Source of the DNA: a virus
Lineage: Duplodnaviria; Caudoviricetes
Virus record (IMG/VR): IMGVR_UViG_3300029183_000003
Span: 1 to 59,131 of that record
Reading direction: 5' to 3' (one strand)
Length of the DNA: 59,131 nt
Shown here: positions 1-8,711 of the stretch, in pieces
How the letters are laid out: each line of letters begins with the position of its first letter
How positions within the stretch are numbered: the first letter of the stretch is position 1
Position numbers and translations under genes: made by a program
The notes under the pieces: generated by a model
Seen by the model: the letters and a program-made list of their open reading frames with translations, nothing else
The model's database searches: none
Told to the model about the DNA's origin: nothing

Positions 1-98
1 ATCTCGTGCGCGACATCAGCCACCTTTGTATTGCCCGCCTCGACCTGGATTACAATGTCGGGATAGACACTTTCAAACTTGGAACTATATTTTTTTTT
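1..98. repeat. Terminal overlap with 59033-59130 (circular assembly)
   Basis: 1-98 is identical to 59033-59130. The T-run has 9 T at the left end and 10 T at the right end. Confidence 0.95.
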
Positions 99-281
99 GC
101 GAACCTCACCGAAGTCTGTCGAAGCCGTCATCATTTGCTCGTCAGTCGCGCCGCGAAACAAGCCATAAATATACGTATCAAAATAAATCATACATCTATG
201 ACGTTCTTGGTATGCGCCATGGCGAAACACTAAATCATTCAAATCCTGCTCGCCCAACCACTGGTAAAACTTACTGATCAC
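1..281 (-). CDS. 5' part of an origin-spanning 130-aa protein with C-terminal excisionase/MerR-like HTH, join(281..1,59032..58921)
   Basis: Manual translation across the junction. The GTG at 281 overlaps the TGA of the upstream ORF, and the frame reads ...RKKKYSSKF...KVADVAHEIDVSPRTVLSWIQRGLI...VVV*. Missed by the ORF track. Confidence 0.75.
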   Translation of the reverse strand, partial: MISKFYQWLGEQDLNDLVFRHGAYQERHRCMIYFDTYIYGLFRGATDEQMMTASTDFGEVRKKKYSSKFESVYPDIVIQVEAGNTKVADVAHE

Positions 282-487
282 TTCCCCGCCTCCATCTCTG
301 CCAAATTCTGCCGCCGTCGCTCAACCACCTGTCTGAGCGCCGACAAATCACGCCGCGCCTTTGGGCATTGCGGCAACTTCGCCAACGCTGCCGCCTGCCG
401 CTCGTTGGCGGCGATACGGCGGCGTAATGCCACGATGCCGTATTCTCTGATCATATACTCGTTTACTGTCGTTACGTCTGCTAACAC
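278..487 (-). CDS. Hypothetical protein
   Basis: Tightly packed in the operon; its stop overlaps the next start. Confidence 0.55.
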   Translation of the reverse strand: MLADVTTVNEYMIREYGIVALRRRIAANERQAAALAKLPQCPKARRDLSALRQVVERRRQNLAEMEAGK

Positions 488-651
488 TAACTAAATCCTC
501 CACACTATACTGATTGCCGTATAGCTCATTGCGATATGTAGCGAAATCGTAAGCTATCCGTTCTATACAGCATTGACGCACTAGTTCAAATTGGTAATGT
601 GCTGAAGCGAGACGGCTATCGTTCGCCGCCCGCCATTCTGAAAACTGCATA

Positions 652-1236
652 CTATCTATCGTCACCATCGCCTTGCAACTTGCTGCGCTCCTGGCGGCTG
701 AGTAGCTTCGTCAAATTCGCCTCGGCTATCTCGTCGAGGCCAAAACGAAGTTCGGTTGCCAGCTGCGTTACATACCAAAGTACATCACCCAACTCGCCCT
801 TAAGCACGGCTCGATAATCTTCTGTGATCTTGCCATCCTCATCTCTGATAATCTTCTTGAATTTACCAGCGATTTCGCCCGCTTCACTAGCAACACCTAA
901 AGCTAGATACTCTTGCCACATATCACGTGGATATATAGCAGTTCTATGCGCTTTTGCCTGATATTCAGCAAAGGTTAAACGTGCCTGCTTTGGATGTTTA
1001 GACGGCGGGCATTGGTCAAATCGCGGGTGATCCTCAAGTGGATTGCCACACATCACGCATAAATCGGGTGCGTTAGATTTGGCGCTTGCTGTTTGCTCAG
1101 TCATCTCTCCTTTAGCTTCGTCAGGCTGCGCCGGATGCCTAGGATTATGTATTCCCGTATGTTCCCAATACGTGCCACGGTTTATGATCTGCTCGCCGCA
1201 GTGTTTGCATTTCGCAAATCTGGATGTTTGTTTCAT
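652..1236 (-). CDS. mazG: MazG-like NTP pyrophosphohydrolase
   Basis: LGVASEAGEIAGKFKK...GELGDVLWY...NLTKLLSRQER motifs. Confidence 0.9.
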   Translation of the reverse strand: MKQTSRFAKCKHCGEQIINRGTYWEHTGIHNPRHPAQPDEAKGEMTEQTASAKSNAPDLCVMCGNPLEDHPRFDQCPPSKHPKQARLTFAEYQAKAHRTAIYPRDMWQEYLALGVASEAGEIAGKFKKIIRDEDGKITEDYRAVLKGELGDVLWYVTQLATELRFGLDEIAEANLTKLLSRQERSKLQGDGDDR

Positions 1237-1592
1237 CTCGCCTCGACTTTCGTTCTCGCTCTAGTAATGCTGTCAAACACCTCGAAATCACTAAGCATAA
1301 CAGAGACAAATACCTCTATATGCTCCAGGTTGTCTATTATATCCTGCACTTCAAAGCTCCATACCTTCGCAGAAATAGCTCTATTAACATCATGCCATAT
1401 CCTAAGATCGAACCAGGTGCTCTTACCATCACCACCATGACACTCAAGAATGTTGACAAATCTATCCTCGCCATCTGGTAGCTGTTTTTGCCAATGCGCT
1501 ACGCAACACGGCGTAACAATGTGGCTCGTCTCGGTCTGCGGTACAAGGACATAGCCACGGGATGTTAAAAACTCAGATACTTGTTTATTCAT
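1233..1592 (-). CDS. Hypothetical protein
   Basis: 4-bp overlaps with both neighbours. Confidence 0.65.
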   Translation of the reverse strand: MNKQVSEFLTSRGYVLVPQTETSHIVTPCCVAHWQKQLPDGEDRFVNILECHGGDGKSTWFDLRIWHDVNRAISAKVWSFEVQDIIDNLEHIEVFVSVMLSDFEVFDSITRARTKVEAR

Positions 1593-1840
1593 TCGGCCTC
1601 ACATTTCAATAATTCAAAAATTATGTCATTACGCAGCAACATCAATTCGGGATCATCGTCTATATCCAACGTCGCAACACGCTCCAAAATCTCGGCGCGA
1701 TAGGATACACCGCAGGTAATAGGCGGCGCCCACAATAGAAACCATATCAGAATGCCGCCGATCAGTATCCCTATAAGTAAAGGCCACGTTGCGGCGAAAA
1801 ATCCAGCAATGTTAGATAGTATATTCTTGATCACTGTCAC
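1589..1840 (-). CDS. Small membrane protein
   Basis: N-terminal hydrophobic helix; GAGGT RBS. Confidence 0.65.
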   Translation of the reverse strand: MTVIKNILSNIAGFFAATWPLLIGILIGGILIWFLLWAPPITCGVSYRAEILERVATLDIDDDPELMLLRNDIIFELLKCEAE

Positions 1841-1946
1841 CTCAACTTTCGTTCTAGCCAGCCACGCGCAGCGGCTGGGATGCGTGGGGATTGGGGGATA
1901 CTGCGCTCGCTATGCGAATACACGCTATCGCGTTAGCACATCCGTT

Positions 1947-2114
1947 CTAGTCAAAAAAGCCACCCCAGTAAAGCAGTCCGATCAGTATTACCGCATCGAA
2001 CAACGATTGACATATGTTCCATCTCGGGAAAGCCTTGTATTCACCGTGCTTTGCTAGAGCATATAATAAATTAAATATAATCAGACCAAGGGTAATTATC
2101 GCTGGCGTACTCAT
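1947..2114 (-). CDS. Small two-TM phage membrane protein (55 aa, not in ORF track)
   Basis: GAGGAG RBS; MSTPAIITLGLIIFNLLYALAKHGEYK...LLYWGGFFD. Confidence 0.7.
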   Translation of the reverse strand: MSTPAIITLGLIIFNLLYALAKHGEYKAFPRWNICQSLFDAVILIGLLYWGGFFD

Positions 2115-2126
2115 ACCTGTCTCCTC

Positions 2127-2480
2127 CTACTCTCTATACGCCGTCACCGCTGGCGCTTCCTCTGGCATCTCGAACAAGGCAGCTTGCGCCCCAGGCCGCC
2201 ACGACACACGCACGATATGCCAAGTGATCTCATAGCTATCCATCACAACATCCGTTTCCTGATTCGGCACACGCTCGCAGCCAAACAGCTCCCGAATCGC
2301 AGCCACCGTTTGCTGTGATGGCATCTGCCCGGCGCGACGTATTTGCAACGTGTACACGCCGCCTTGCAGCTTGACGCCGACGCGGGTATCGTCGATGAAC
2401 GGCTGAATGTAACCGATACATTCGCCGGGTTTGGCCTCAGCCTGCGCTAACAGGTTGCGTGCGATCTGTTGTCTGTTCAT
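2127..2480 (-). CDS. Hypothetical protein (start MNRQQ)
   Basis: GGAGGTG RBS upstream of the ATG at 2480. Confidence 0.65.
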   Translation of the reverse strand: MNRQQIARNLLAQAEAKPGECIGYIQPFIDDTRVGVKLQGGVYTLQIRRAGQMPSQQTVAAIRELFGCERVPNQETDVVMDSYEITWHIVRVSWRPGAQAALFEMPEEAPAVTAYRE

Positions 2481-2524
2481 CGTCTCACCTCCCGCCACGC
2501 CTGCCGTGGCTCGCCGCTGGGCGG

Positions 2525-3286
2525 CTAGTTGCTGGCTTCCGCTTCGAGGATGCGGCGGCCAATCCATTCAGCAGCTTGTGGGACTACGGCGTTACCTAGT
2601 CCTCTAAGCCTGTCCACCCTATGGGGAACCCCATCACCATTTCGGTGATACAAGGGTTCATCCATATTTTTTCTTTGCAACCAGTCAACCATTGAATCGC
2701 GTGAATCAAGTGCAGTTGACGACCATCCCTTATACGGCTCCACGCACTGCTGTTTCTCTTGATCCCCCCAATCACATACCAACTCTTGCCGTCTCTCGCC
2801 TGCGGGGTAGGCAAGTAAAAACAACCTTTCTCTTTTGTGGGGCGCTCCAAATTCCGAGGCTTCAATGCATCCCCATTCCGCATCGTACCCTGCTTCGGCC
2901 AAGTCTCTGAGAATTCCTCCAAAGAACCGTCCATTTTCACTTGCGAGTAACCCTGAAACGTTTTCAGCCAATACGAATCTGGGATCAATTTCGCAAATAA
3001 TTCGATAAAATTCCGACCAGAGGTCACGTTCGTCTTTTGACGCCTTTTGTTCACCGGCAACGCTATGTGGCTGGCAAGGGAATCCGCCGACAATAAGCTC
3101 GGCTGGTGGTAATTCGTATCCGTCAACATCTCTAATATCCTCATACTTTGGCACATCAGGCCAATGCTTTGCTAATACACGGCGGCAAAAATCATCAATC
3201 TCGACTTGAGCAACGCACTCAAACCCAGCCCGATCCAAACCCAAGTCCATGCCGCCGATTCCTGAAAATAAACTTATGTATCTCAT
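2525..3286 (-). CDS. dcm: DNA cytosine-C5 methyltransferase, alpha polypeptide (motifs I-VIII and X)
   Basis: SLFSGIGG, GGFPCQ, ENV, HKRERLF and LRGLGNAVVPQ are present; motif IX is absent from this frame. Confidence 0.92.
   Translation of the reverse strand: MRYISLFSGIGGMDLGLDRAGFECVAQVEIDDFCRRVLAKHWPDVPKYEDIRDVDGYELPPAELIVGGFPCQPHSVAGEQKASKDERDLWSEFYRIICEIDPRFVLAENVSGLLASENGRFFGGILRDLAEAGYDAEWGCIEASEFGAPHKRERLFLLAYPAGERRQELVCDWGDQEKQQCVEPYKGWSSTALDSRDSMVDWLQRKNMDEPLYHRNGDGVPHRVDRLRGLGNAVVPQAAEWIGRRILEAEASN
2596..3129 (-). CDS. Nested out-of-frame beta polypeptide of the C5 MTase (target-recognition region plus motif IX)
   Basis: Open alternative frame ending MNPCITEMVMGFPIGWT, with an LPTPQARD segment; GAGG RBS before the ATG at 3129. 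Confidence 0.75.
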   Translation of the reverse strand: MLTDTNYHQPSLLSADSLASHIALPVNKRRQKTNVTSGRNFIELFAKLIPDSYWLKTFQGYSQVKMDGSLEEFSETWPKQGTMRNGDALKPRNLERPTKEKGCFYLPTPQARDGKSWYVIGGIKRNSSAWSRIRDGRQLHLIHAIQWLTGCKEKIWMNPCITEMVMGFPIGWTGLED

Positions 3287-3508
3287 CGTCTCTCGCTATC
3301 CGCCGCCAAGCGGCTGCCGGGGGCTAACTCGCCTCGTCTTCGTCGCCCACTTTCGCGGCCTCTTTCAGAATCGTCAGCATCTCCTGAAGCCGCCCCACCT
3401 CGTAAGCATCGGCCAGCAGCTTGCCAAGCTCTTTTTGATATTCCTTGTGTTCCTGCCGCCGTCGTAGGTCTTCCGCTGTTAGCATAAAATCGATCTGATG
3501 CTGTTGCA

Positions 3509-4900
3509 TTATCGCCACCCCGCCATATCCTTTGTGTCTATATCGCAATCTGAGAACTGCATTGTGTCTTTTCTAAAAAATGCATTAACTGTCCCCGGCT
3601 CACCATCTCGATTTTTTGCCAAAATCAAATCAACTACGCCCGGAATATCTGTATCAACGTTGTAATACTCATCGCGGTATATAAACATAATCGCGTCGGC
3701 GTTCTCTTCCCACTTACCCGTATCCCGTAAATCCGACATTTCAGGAACGCGCTGCGCTCTGCTTTCAACTTGGCGGCTCAACTGCAACAAGGCCAAAACC
3801 GGAACACCTAACTGCTTAGGCAGTGCCATCAGCTTGTCAGCCTTGCGACTCGATTCCTCATACGCCTTGCCGTGCTTCTCTTCCTGCACAATGTTCATAT
3901 GATCGATAACCACCATATCAACGCCGTGGCGCAAAGCCGCCCGCTGTGCACGGCTTCTGATCGTTTCCATCGTCAAAAGCGGCGTACAATCAATAAAGAT
4001 CGGCAGTGATTGAAACTCAGTAACAGCTACGGCAACCTGTGATTGTTCATCCTGATTCAGTTGGCCGTCTCTAATCTTCCAATACGGTATGCCTGTCATC
4101 TGCGAGGCCACACGTCCGATGACCTTACGCTCACCCATTTCCAACGAGAACATCAACATATTGTGGCCTTGTCGAGCCAGGTTGAGCATTACGGACAAAG
4201 CCAGCGACGACTTGCCCATCCCCGGACGCCCTGCCAAAAGATAGTTCTGCTCTGGAAGCAAGCCACCCAGTTTTTTATCCAGCGCCCGAATCCCCGTTGA
4301 CAATCCCATCACGCGGTTATCAGAATCGCAGCGGGCTTTTAGGTCGTCTAAAAACGTCCACGAAGCATCGCCAATCGACACTACGCCGCCCTCGTGACCG
4401 TCCGCGTTAATATCCGTCAGCGTTTCCATTGCGCCATTCATCAGCGATGACGTACTTGATTTCTCGCCTGAGCGATCCCAAGCCATTTGCACAATATGCG
4501 TGCCAGCATCAATCATTTGCCGCCTAACGCTGTTCTCTCTAACAATCTCGGCATAGTGCGGCACGTGCATCGACGTTGGCGTATTGTTGATCAGGTCAGT
4601 GATGTATACAGGCCCGCCTAAATCATCCAACCAGCCCAACCGCTCTAATTCGTCCAAAATAACAAGTGTGTCCAACCCTTTACCGCCTCGATACAAGTCG
4701 ATCAAGACCTGAAACACACGTTGATTCTTGTTCAGGAAAAAGTCAGAGGGCTTCAGGTGATCCGCTTCTAGCATCATATCAGGGTCGATTAGCAAGCCGC
4801 CGATGACGGCCATTTCTGCATCCTCGTTATGCGGTGGCAACGCGCCGTCAACAATCGTTTTTGGGTTTTTCGTATCCACAAATCCATTACTCGATAACAT
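3509..4900 (-). CDS. dnaB: Replicative DNA helicase DnaB
   Basis: PPHNEDAEMAVIG N-terminus, Walker A AGRPGMGKS, FSLEM, QLSR, SDLRDTG, KNRDG. Confidence 0.95.
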   Translation of the reverse strand: MLSSNGFVDTKNPKTIVDGALPPHNEDAEMAVIGGLLIDPDMMLEADHLKPSDFFLNKNQRVFQVLIDLYRGGKGLDTLVILDELERLGWLDDLGGPVYITDLINNTPTSMHVPHYAEIVRENSVRRQMIDAGTHIVQMAWDRSGEKSSTSSLMNGAMETLTDINADGHEGGVVSIGDASWTFLDDLKARCDSDNRVMGLSTGIRALDKKLGGLLPEQNYLLAGRPGMGKSSLALSVMLNLARQGHNMLMFSLEMGERKVIGRVASQMTGIPYWKIRDGQLNQDEQSQVAVAVTEFQSLPIFIDCTPLLTMETIRSRAQRAALRHGVDMVVIDHMNIVQEEKHGKAYEESSRKADKLMALPKQLGVPVLALLQLSRQVESRAQRVPEMSDLRDTGKWEENADAIMFIYRDEYYNVDTDIPGVVDLILAKNRDGEPGTVNAFFRKDTMQFSDCDIDTKDMAGWR

Positions 4901-5901
4901 TACGCACCTCCGGCAGCAGCAACGGCCTGCTGGTGTTCTTTGGCTAACTTGACAAGAGCCTCACGTGGAATAGCACGGCGCTCATGGGGGCGGGTTGGGG
5001 AATCGCCAGTAGCCGACGATTCCCCAATAAACTTCAACCAATCCTCCTGAACAACCTGCGGCCAAGCAAATCTCTTGCCATCCTTACGCCCACTAACAAA
5101 CCAAGACAAAAAGGCTTCAACCTGTTCTGGGGTAGCATTTTGTTTTTCAAGATACAAAACTGTATTGCGAATATCGTCACGCTTCCGACTGCCAATTGCA
5201 TCAATATCGTAAGCGCAAATGCCAGCCACAGAATCGGCAAGCAAATTTCTGTAATCGGTCTGTTGTGTGTCTACTACTCTTTGGTTATCTTTGGTATTCT
5301 TTGAGATCATGCGTTTGGCTTTTTCCGAAACGGATTCCGTTTGGCTTTTTCCCGTTTGTATTGCGTTTGGATTAAAGCCATTTGGCTTTTTCCCAATCGG
5401 GTTATTCCCATTTGGCTTTTTCCCAAATGACTTCGGATAGTCATCACTCTCACTCTCTACCAACTGCTTATAATGCTCGACGATGCGTTTGTTGAAATAA
5501 GCCTCGTTAAAGTAGAAGATTGTCTCGTATGTTTTTGTCTGGATGCAGCCCACGAAATACCCGTCAAGCGCGGCGTCCAAGTCAAGCAAATCGTCTTTTT
5601 TTAGACGCTTGCCAATCAGCTTAAACGCGCCTTCGTATTCGTATCCAGTGAAGCCCAGCTCCTCGCACCAACTATCACCCTTCTTGTATTTTTTCATTGC
5701 TTTTTCGGACGTTGGCGGCTTGATAAATTTGTAGAACGGCCCTTTTTCTCTTTTCCAACGGAATCGAATTTGTTGCAACAGAATCGCAGATGTTATTGAT
5801 CCTGTCATATCCTTCCAGCTTGGACGATACTTGATCATCTTGCGGTCTTCGTCCAAAATTTCTTGGGCTATCTGGGTTGTAATTTGGTCGTCGTTACACA
5901 T
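4900..5901 (-). CDS. Phage replication initiator (lambda O-like layout)
   Basis: Directly upstream of dnaB; N-terminal wHTH-like region (AILLQQI...SWCEELGFT); internal iterons. Confidence 0.75.
   Translation of the reverse strand: MCNDDQITTQIAQEILDEDRKMIKYRPSWKDMTGSITSAILLQQIRFRWKREKGPFYKFIKPPTSEKAMKKYKKGDSWCEELGFTGYEYEGAFKLIGKRLKKDDLLDLDAALDGYFVGCIQTKTYETIFYFNEAYFNKRIVEHYKQLVESESDDYPKSFGKKPNGNNPIGKKPNGFNPNAIQTGKSQTESVSEKAKRMISKNTKDNQRVVDTQQTDYRNLLADSVAGICAYDIDAIGSRKRDDIRNTVLYLEKQNATPEQVEAFLSWFVSGRKDGKRFAWPQVVQEDWLKFIGESSATGDSPTRPHERRAIPREALVKLAKEHQQAVAAAGGA
5314..5424. repeat. Iterons of the putative lytic origin: 4 x TTTGGCTTTTTCC
   Basis: Copies at 5314, 5340, 5381 and 5411 inside the initiator gene, next to TCTTTG repeats at about 5278-5303. 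Confidence 0.8.
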
Positions 5902-6562
5902 TGTCGCCCTCTTTCATTACGAATCTATCTTGCCTATAAGCGACAATCGACTTGATGAAATCAATATGATCATTAACTAAGACAAACCATTCGCCTGTGT
6001 ATCTGTAATCTAAAAATATTGTTTGTAAATGTCTTTCGGCCTGAGCCATATTACCAGCACAAAAGCTATGAATAATATCGACTCGCCCCACTTGCCTCGC
6101 TCGTTTTTCTACATCACGCGCCAAACCAATCTTGTAGAATCCTGCATTGTCCTTGCAACCGAAAAGGTAAATATAACCCCAAACCTCATCTCTTGGGTTT
6201 ACAGCCTTTAATGGCTTAGTATCTGGACTATCAGGGAATATGCGAGGCTGCTTAACTGTCTTGACCTGCGGTTGAACCGGATCATACCGCTTCTTCAAAG
6301 CCTCGCTATTGTAGTCGGCTATCTCTTCGTCTGATACGCAATCGTAGAACTGCTGGAACTCTGTCATAAGTTCGTCGAATGCGGCACGTGTAGGTATAAA
6401 CCCATTATGAATCGGGAATAACGTTTGGGAATCCACCTCATAGCCCACATTCAAAATATCCCAAGGATAATCTTTGTCTGGCTTGGGGGCTTGAAGCGAC
6501 TCCTTAAGCAGGGGGACATCTAAGCCGGTGAACCGATGCATATATCTAACAGTGCCCATCAC
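5894..6562 (-). CDS. T5orf172/GIY-YIG-like domain protein
   Basis: GYIYLF...YKIGLARDVEKR...AERHLQ...GEWF. Confidence 0.8.
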   Translation of the reverse strand: MMGTVRYMHRFTGLDVPLLKESLQAPKPDKDYPWDILNVGYEVDSQTLFPIHNGFIPTRAAFDELMTEFQQFYDCVSDEEIADYNSEALKKRYDPVQPQVKTVKQPRIFPDSPDTKPLKAVNPRDEVWGYIYLFGCKDNAGFYKIGLARDVEKRARQVGRVDIIHSFCAGNMAQAERHLQTIFLDYRYTGEWFVLVNDHIDFIKSIVAYRQDRFVMKEGDNV

Positions 6563-6777
6563 GCCCCCTCCCCAGCCCCGCCCTCGGCGGCTTGCTGCGC
6601 TACCACTCGGCCAATTTCCATCCGCTGCGTCGCGTTCTCAAACACCTCTCTGATGCCATCATTCAGATATTTTCGGATTTCATCGGGGACGGAATCGCAC
6701 TGATACCAGCCGCCGTCCATCTTGCCGTCTGGATACTCAATAGTTACACGTAATTTCTTGACATTTCTATCGTCCAT
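6559..6777 (-). CDS. Hypothetical protein (start MDDRNV)
   Basis: GGAGG RBS upstream. The longer track ORF is a shadow of the Gly repeat. Confidence 0.6.
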   Translation of the reverse strand: MDDRNVKKLRVTIEYPDGKMDGGWYQCDSVPDEIRKYLNDGIREVFENATQRMEIGRVVAQQAAEGGAGEGA

Positions 6778-6859
6778 CTGTATACTACCTCCTGTATAGT
6801 TTGAATTTGAATTACCTCTTGGGTGAGCCACTGTTGCAAGCAGTGGCTTTTTGTTTTGC

Positions 6860-7060
6860 CTAGCCATCGCCATAGCCATAGCCATAGCCAGAGCCATCGC
6901 CATAGCCATAGCCAGAGCCATCGCCATAGCCATAGCCAGAGCCATCGCCATAGCCATAGCCATCGCCATAGCCAGAGCCAGAGCCATAGCCAGAGCCATC
7001 GCCAGAGCCATCGCCATAGCCAGAGCCATCGCCATAGCCATCAATCAATGTGCTGTCCAT
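6860..7060 (-). CDS. Gly-rich (GYG/GDG/GSG)n repeat protein
   Basis: GGC alternates with TAT/GAT/TCT codons; overlaps the upstream gene. Confidence 0.7.
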   Translation of the reverse strand: MDSTLIDGYGDGSGYGDGSGDGSGYGSGSGYGDGYGYGDGSGYGYGDGSGYGYGDGSGYGYGYGDG

Positions 7061-7332
7061 TCCGGCACCCCTTGAATAGAGTCTTTCGCTTCATCAGTAC
7101 ATTCAATAATCTCAATTGCTTCGGTCAAATCAATACTCGGTACTGCTACAGGGAATTTACACTGATTTGGCTTTGATGTTCCTCGAACCGCCATTTCACT
7201 AAGCGATGCTGCACCGTCCCAATACCATAAACGACGAGCGTTTTTAAGTGTAACCTCTTTTCCGTTTCGAGTTTCTAATTGGCCTGCGAAAACACCTGCT
7301 GAATACGTTCGTACAATTACATAATCTGACAT
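7045..7332 (-). CDS. Conserved phage protein (DUF6948-like)
   Basis: VIVRTYSAGVFAG...LKNARRLWYWDGAASLSEMA; AAGGAG RBS. Confidence 0.75.
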   Translation of the reverse strand: MSDYVIVRTYSAGVFAGQLETRNGKEVTLKNARRLWYWDGAASLSEMAVRGTSKPNQCKFPVAVPSIDLTEAIEIIECTDEAKDSIQGVPEWTAH

Positions 7333-7359
7333 TTGTTTAGCTCCTTTCAGCTAAATAAT

Positions 7360-7545
7360 TTAAAACGCAAAAATCCCGTTCTCCATTGCGGGTTGCGAAA
7401 CCATTACCTTCGGAGCACGACTTTCGTCTTGCCAAACAGGTGCAATAAAGAACGGGACTCTAACGCACAAATTATAGGATTGTGAAACTACAGGCAATAA
7501 AAAACCGTGCCTAAAAAAGAAAGGTTTCGCACCTGTAATCATACC
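7360..7545 (-). promoter_or_regulatory. Promoter and structured leader with terminator (switch A)
   Basis: TGG-TATGAT -10 (7543-7538). The 5' segment ACAGGTGCGAAACC is complementary to the loop of terminator hairpin 7373-7458. Confidence 0.65.
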
Positions 7546-7580
7546 ACAACCCCTCGCATTCATCAAGTCACGCTTCGTAA

Positions 7581-8027
7581 TCACCACGTTCTCACTTGCT
7601 CCGCTAAATCTCGTAACGAGTACACAATATCAACATTTGGGCGTGCAAGACCCGTTTGGATTTCGACATCTTGACGGCGGCTATAATTCGGGTCAACGCC
7701 TACAAATATTGGCATAGCGGTCTCCGATTGCGCCCCCAATTCATACAAAACGATAGGACAAAGCGTTTGCGGTGGGAACCAGAACAGTATTGCATCAACT
7801 AGCCGCAGGTGATTGTATTCCCACGTAATTTGCTCTTTGGCGGCATTGGGATCATCAATCGGAAAATTCTTTCGACGTGGATTAACGAGTGTTAGATCAG
7901 TGTCGCTCAACATTTGGCAGATTGCTGATTGCCAATCCGGGCATCCTGTAATTCCCCCCGCCAAAAATATGGCATTTCCCGGCCACTGCTTTTCGTCATA
8001 GATATGTGGTGCTTCTATGTAGACCAT
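7581..8027 (-). CDS. Nucleoside 2-deoxyribosyltransferase-like protein
   Basis: IFLAGGITGCPDWQ, NPRR, EQITWE, LYELG. Confidence 0.85.
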   Translation of the reverse strand: MVYIEAPHIYDEKQWPGNAIFLAGGITGCPDWQSAICQMLSDTDLTLVNPRRKNFPIDDPNAAKEQITWEYNHLRLVDAILFWFPPQTLCPIVLYELGAQSETAMPIFVGVDPNYSRRQDVEIQTGLARPNVDIVYSLRDLAEQVRTW

Positions 8028-8048
8028 CTACCCCTCGCATTCATCAAG

Positions 8049-8462
8049 TCACGCTCCTGATTCGTCTTCATCTAGCCATCCAAATATCGAGGTCTTTGGA
8101 TTGAATGTTCCGCTGTCAATCTGCCTTCTGAAATACTCAATCATATCAATCGTATCCTGCCTCTGCGTGTCTTGATCTTCCTCTTTGAGGATTACAAACC
8201 TTTCAAGCTCACGCTTAATCCAGTCAACATCATTGATGTGAACGATCAGGCGTGACGTACTTGACCACGGCGGCGTATACTTGAACACCTGTCCTTTCAG
8301 CATATGCATTTGTGTCGTGGTCAAATACCAGGTCTCTTTGTTTTCATCGACGATTGCTTTAACACGTGCGTAAGTCTCAATGAGTTTATCTATGGTTAGA
8401 TTGTTCGTGCTATTATCGCCAGAAGGCGCTGCCGTCGATCCGTATCCGCTAAATATGTTCAT
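8049..8462 (-). CDS. Hypothetical protein
   Basis: GAGGGG RBS; contiguous with neighbours. Confidence 0.6.
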   Translation of the reverse strand: MNIFSGYGSTAAPSGDNSTNNLTIDKLIETYARVKAIVDENKETWYLTTTQMHMLKGQVFKYTPPWSSTSRLIVHINDVDWIKRELERFVILKEEDQDTQRQDTIDMIEYFRRQIDSGTFNPKTSIFGWLDEDESGA

Positions 8463-8711
8463 CTACCCCTCGCTCCTGCCGCTGCCCTCGGCGGCTTGCA
8501 TCCGCTCCGCCACTGCCGCCAGCCACTTGGCAACGGCGGCGATTTCGGCTGCGCCTGACAGAGATGTGACCATAAGTGAGCGAGGTGTACCATTCTCTAT
8601 AATTCTCGATTCGATATACACAAGTCCGCTATCTGTTAATGCGAACTTTCGCTCAATGCCGCCGTCTTTGAGTATGATCTTATCGTCGCTGCGGGTGATT
8701 TGTGATTTCAT
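8463..8711 (-). CDS. Hypothetical protein
   Basis: GAGGGAGG RBS; start overlaps the upstream stop. Confidence 0.6.
   Translation of the reverse strand: MKSQITRSDDKIILKDGGIERKFALTDSGLVYIESRIIENGTPRSLMVTSLSGAAEIAAVAKWLAAVAERMQAAEGSGRSEG

Noticed and set aside
1936-1947. Fourth LexA box GCAC-ATCC-GTTC
   Set aside because: One mismatch and no convincing -10 element at the right spacing.
6851-7075. CRISPR array, or (AI)n/(HS)n/(MA)n proteins
   Set aside because: There are no unique spacers; these are shadow frames of the Gly-rich repeat gene.
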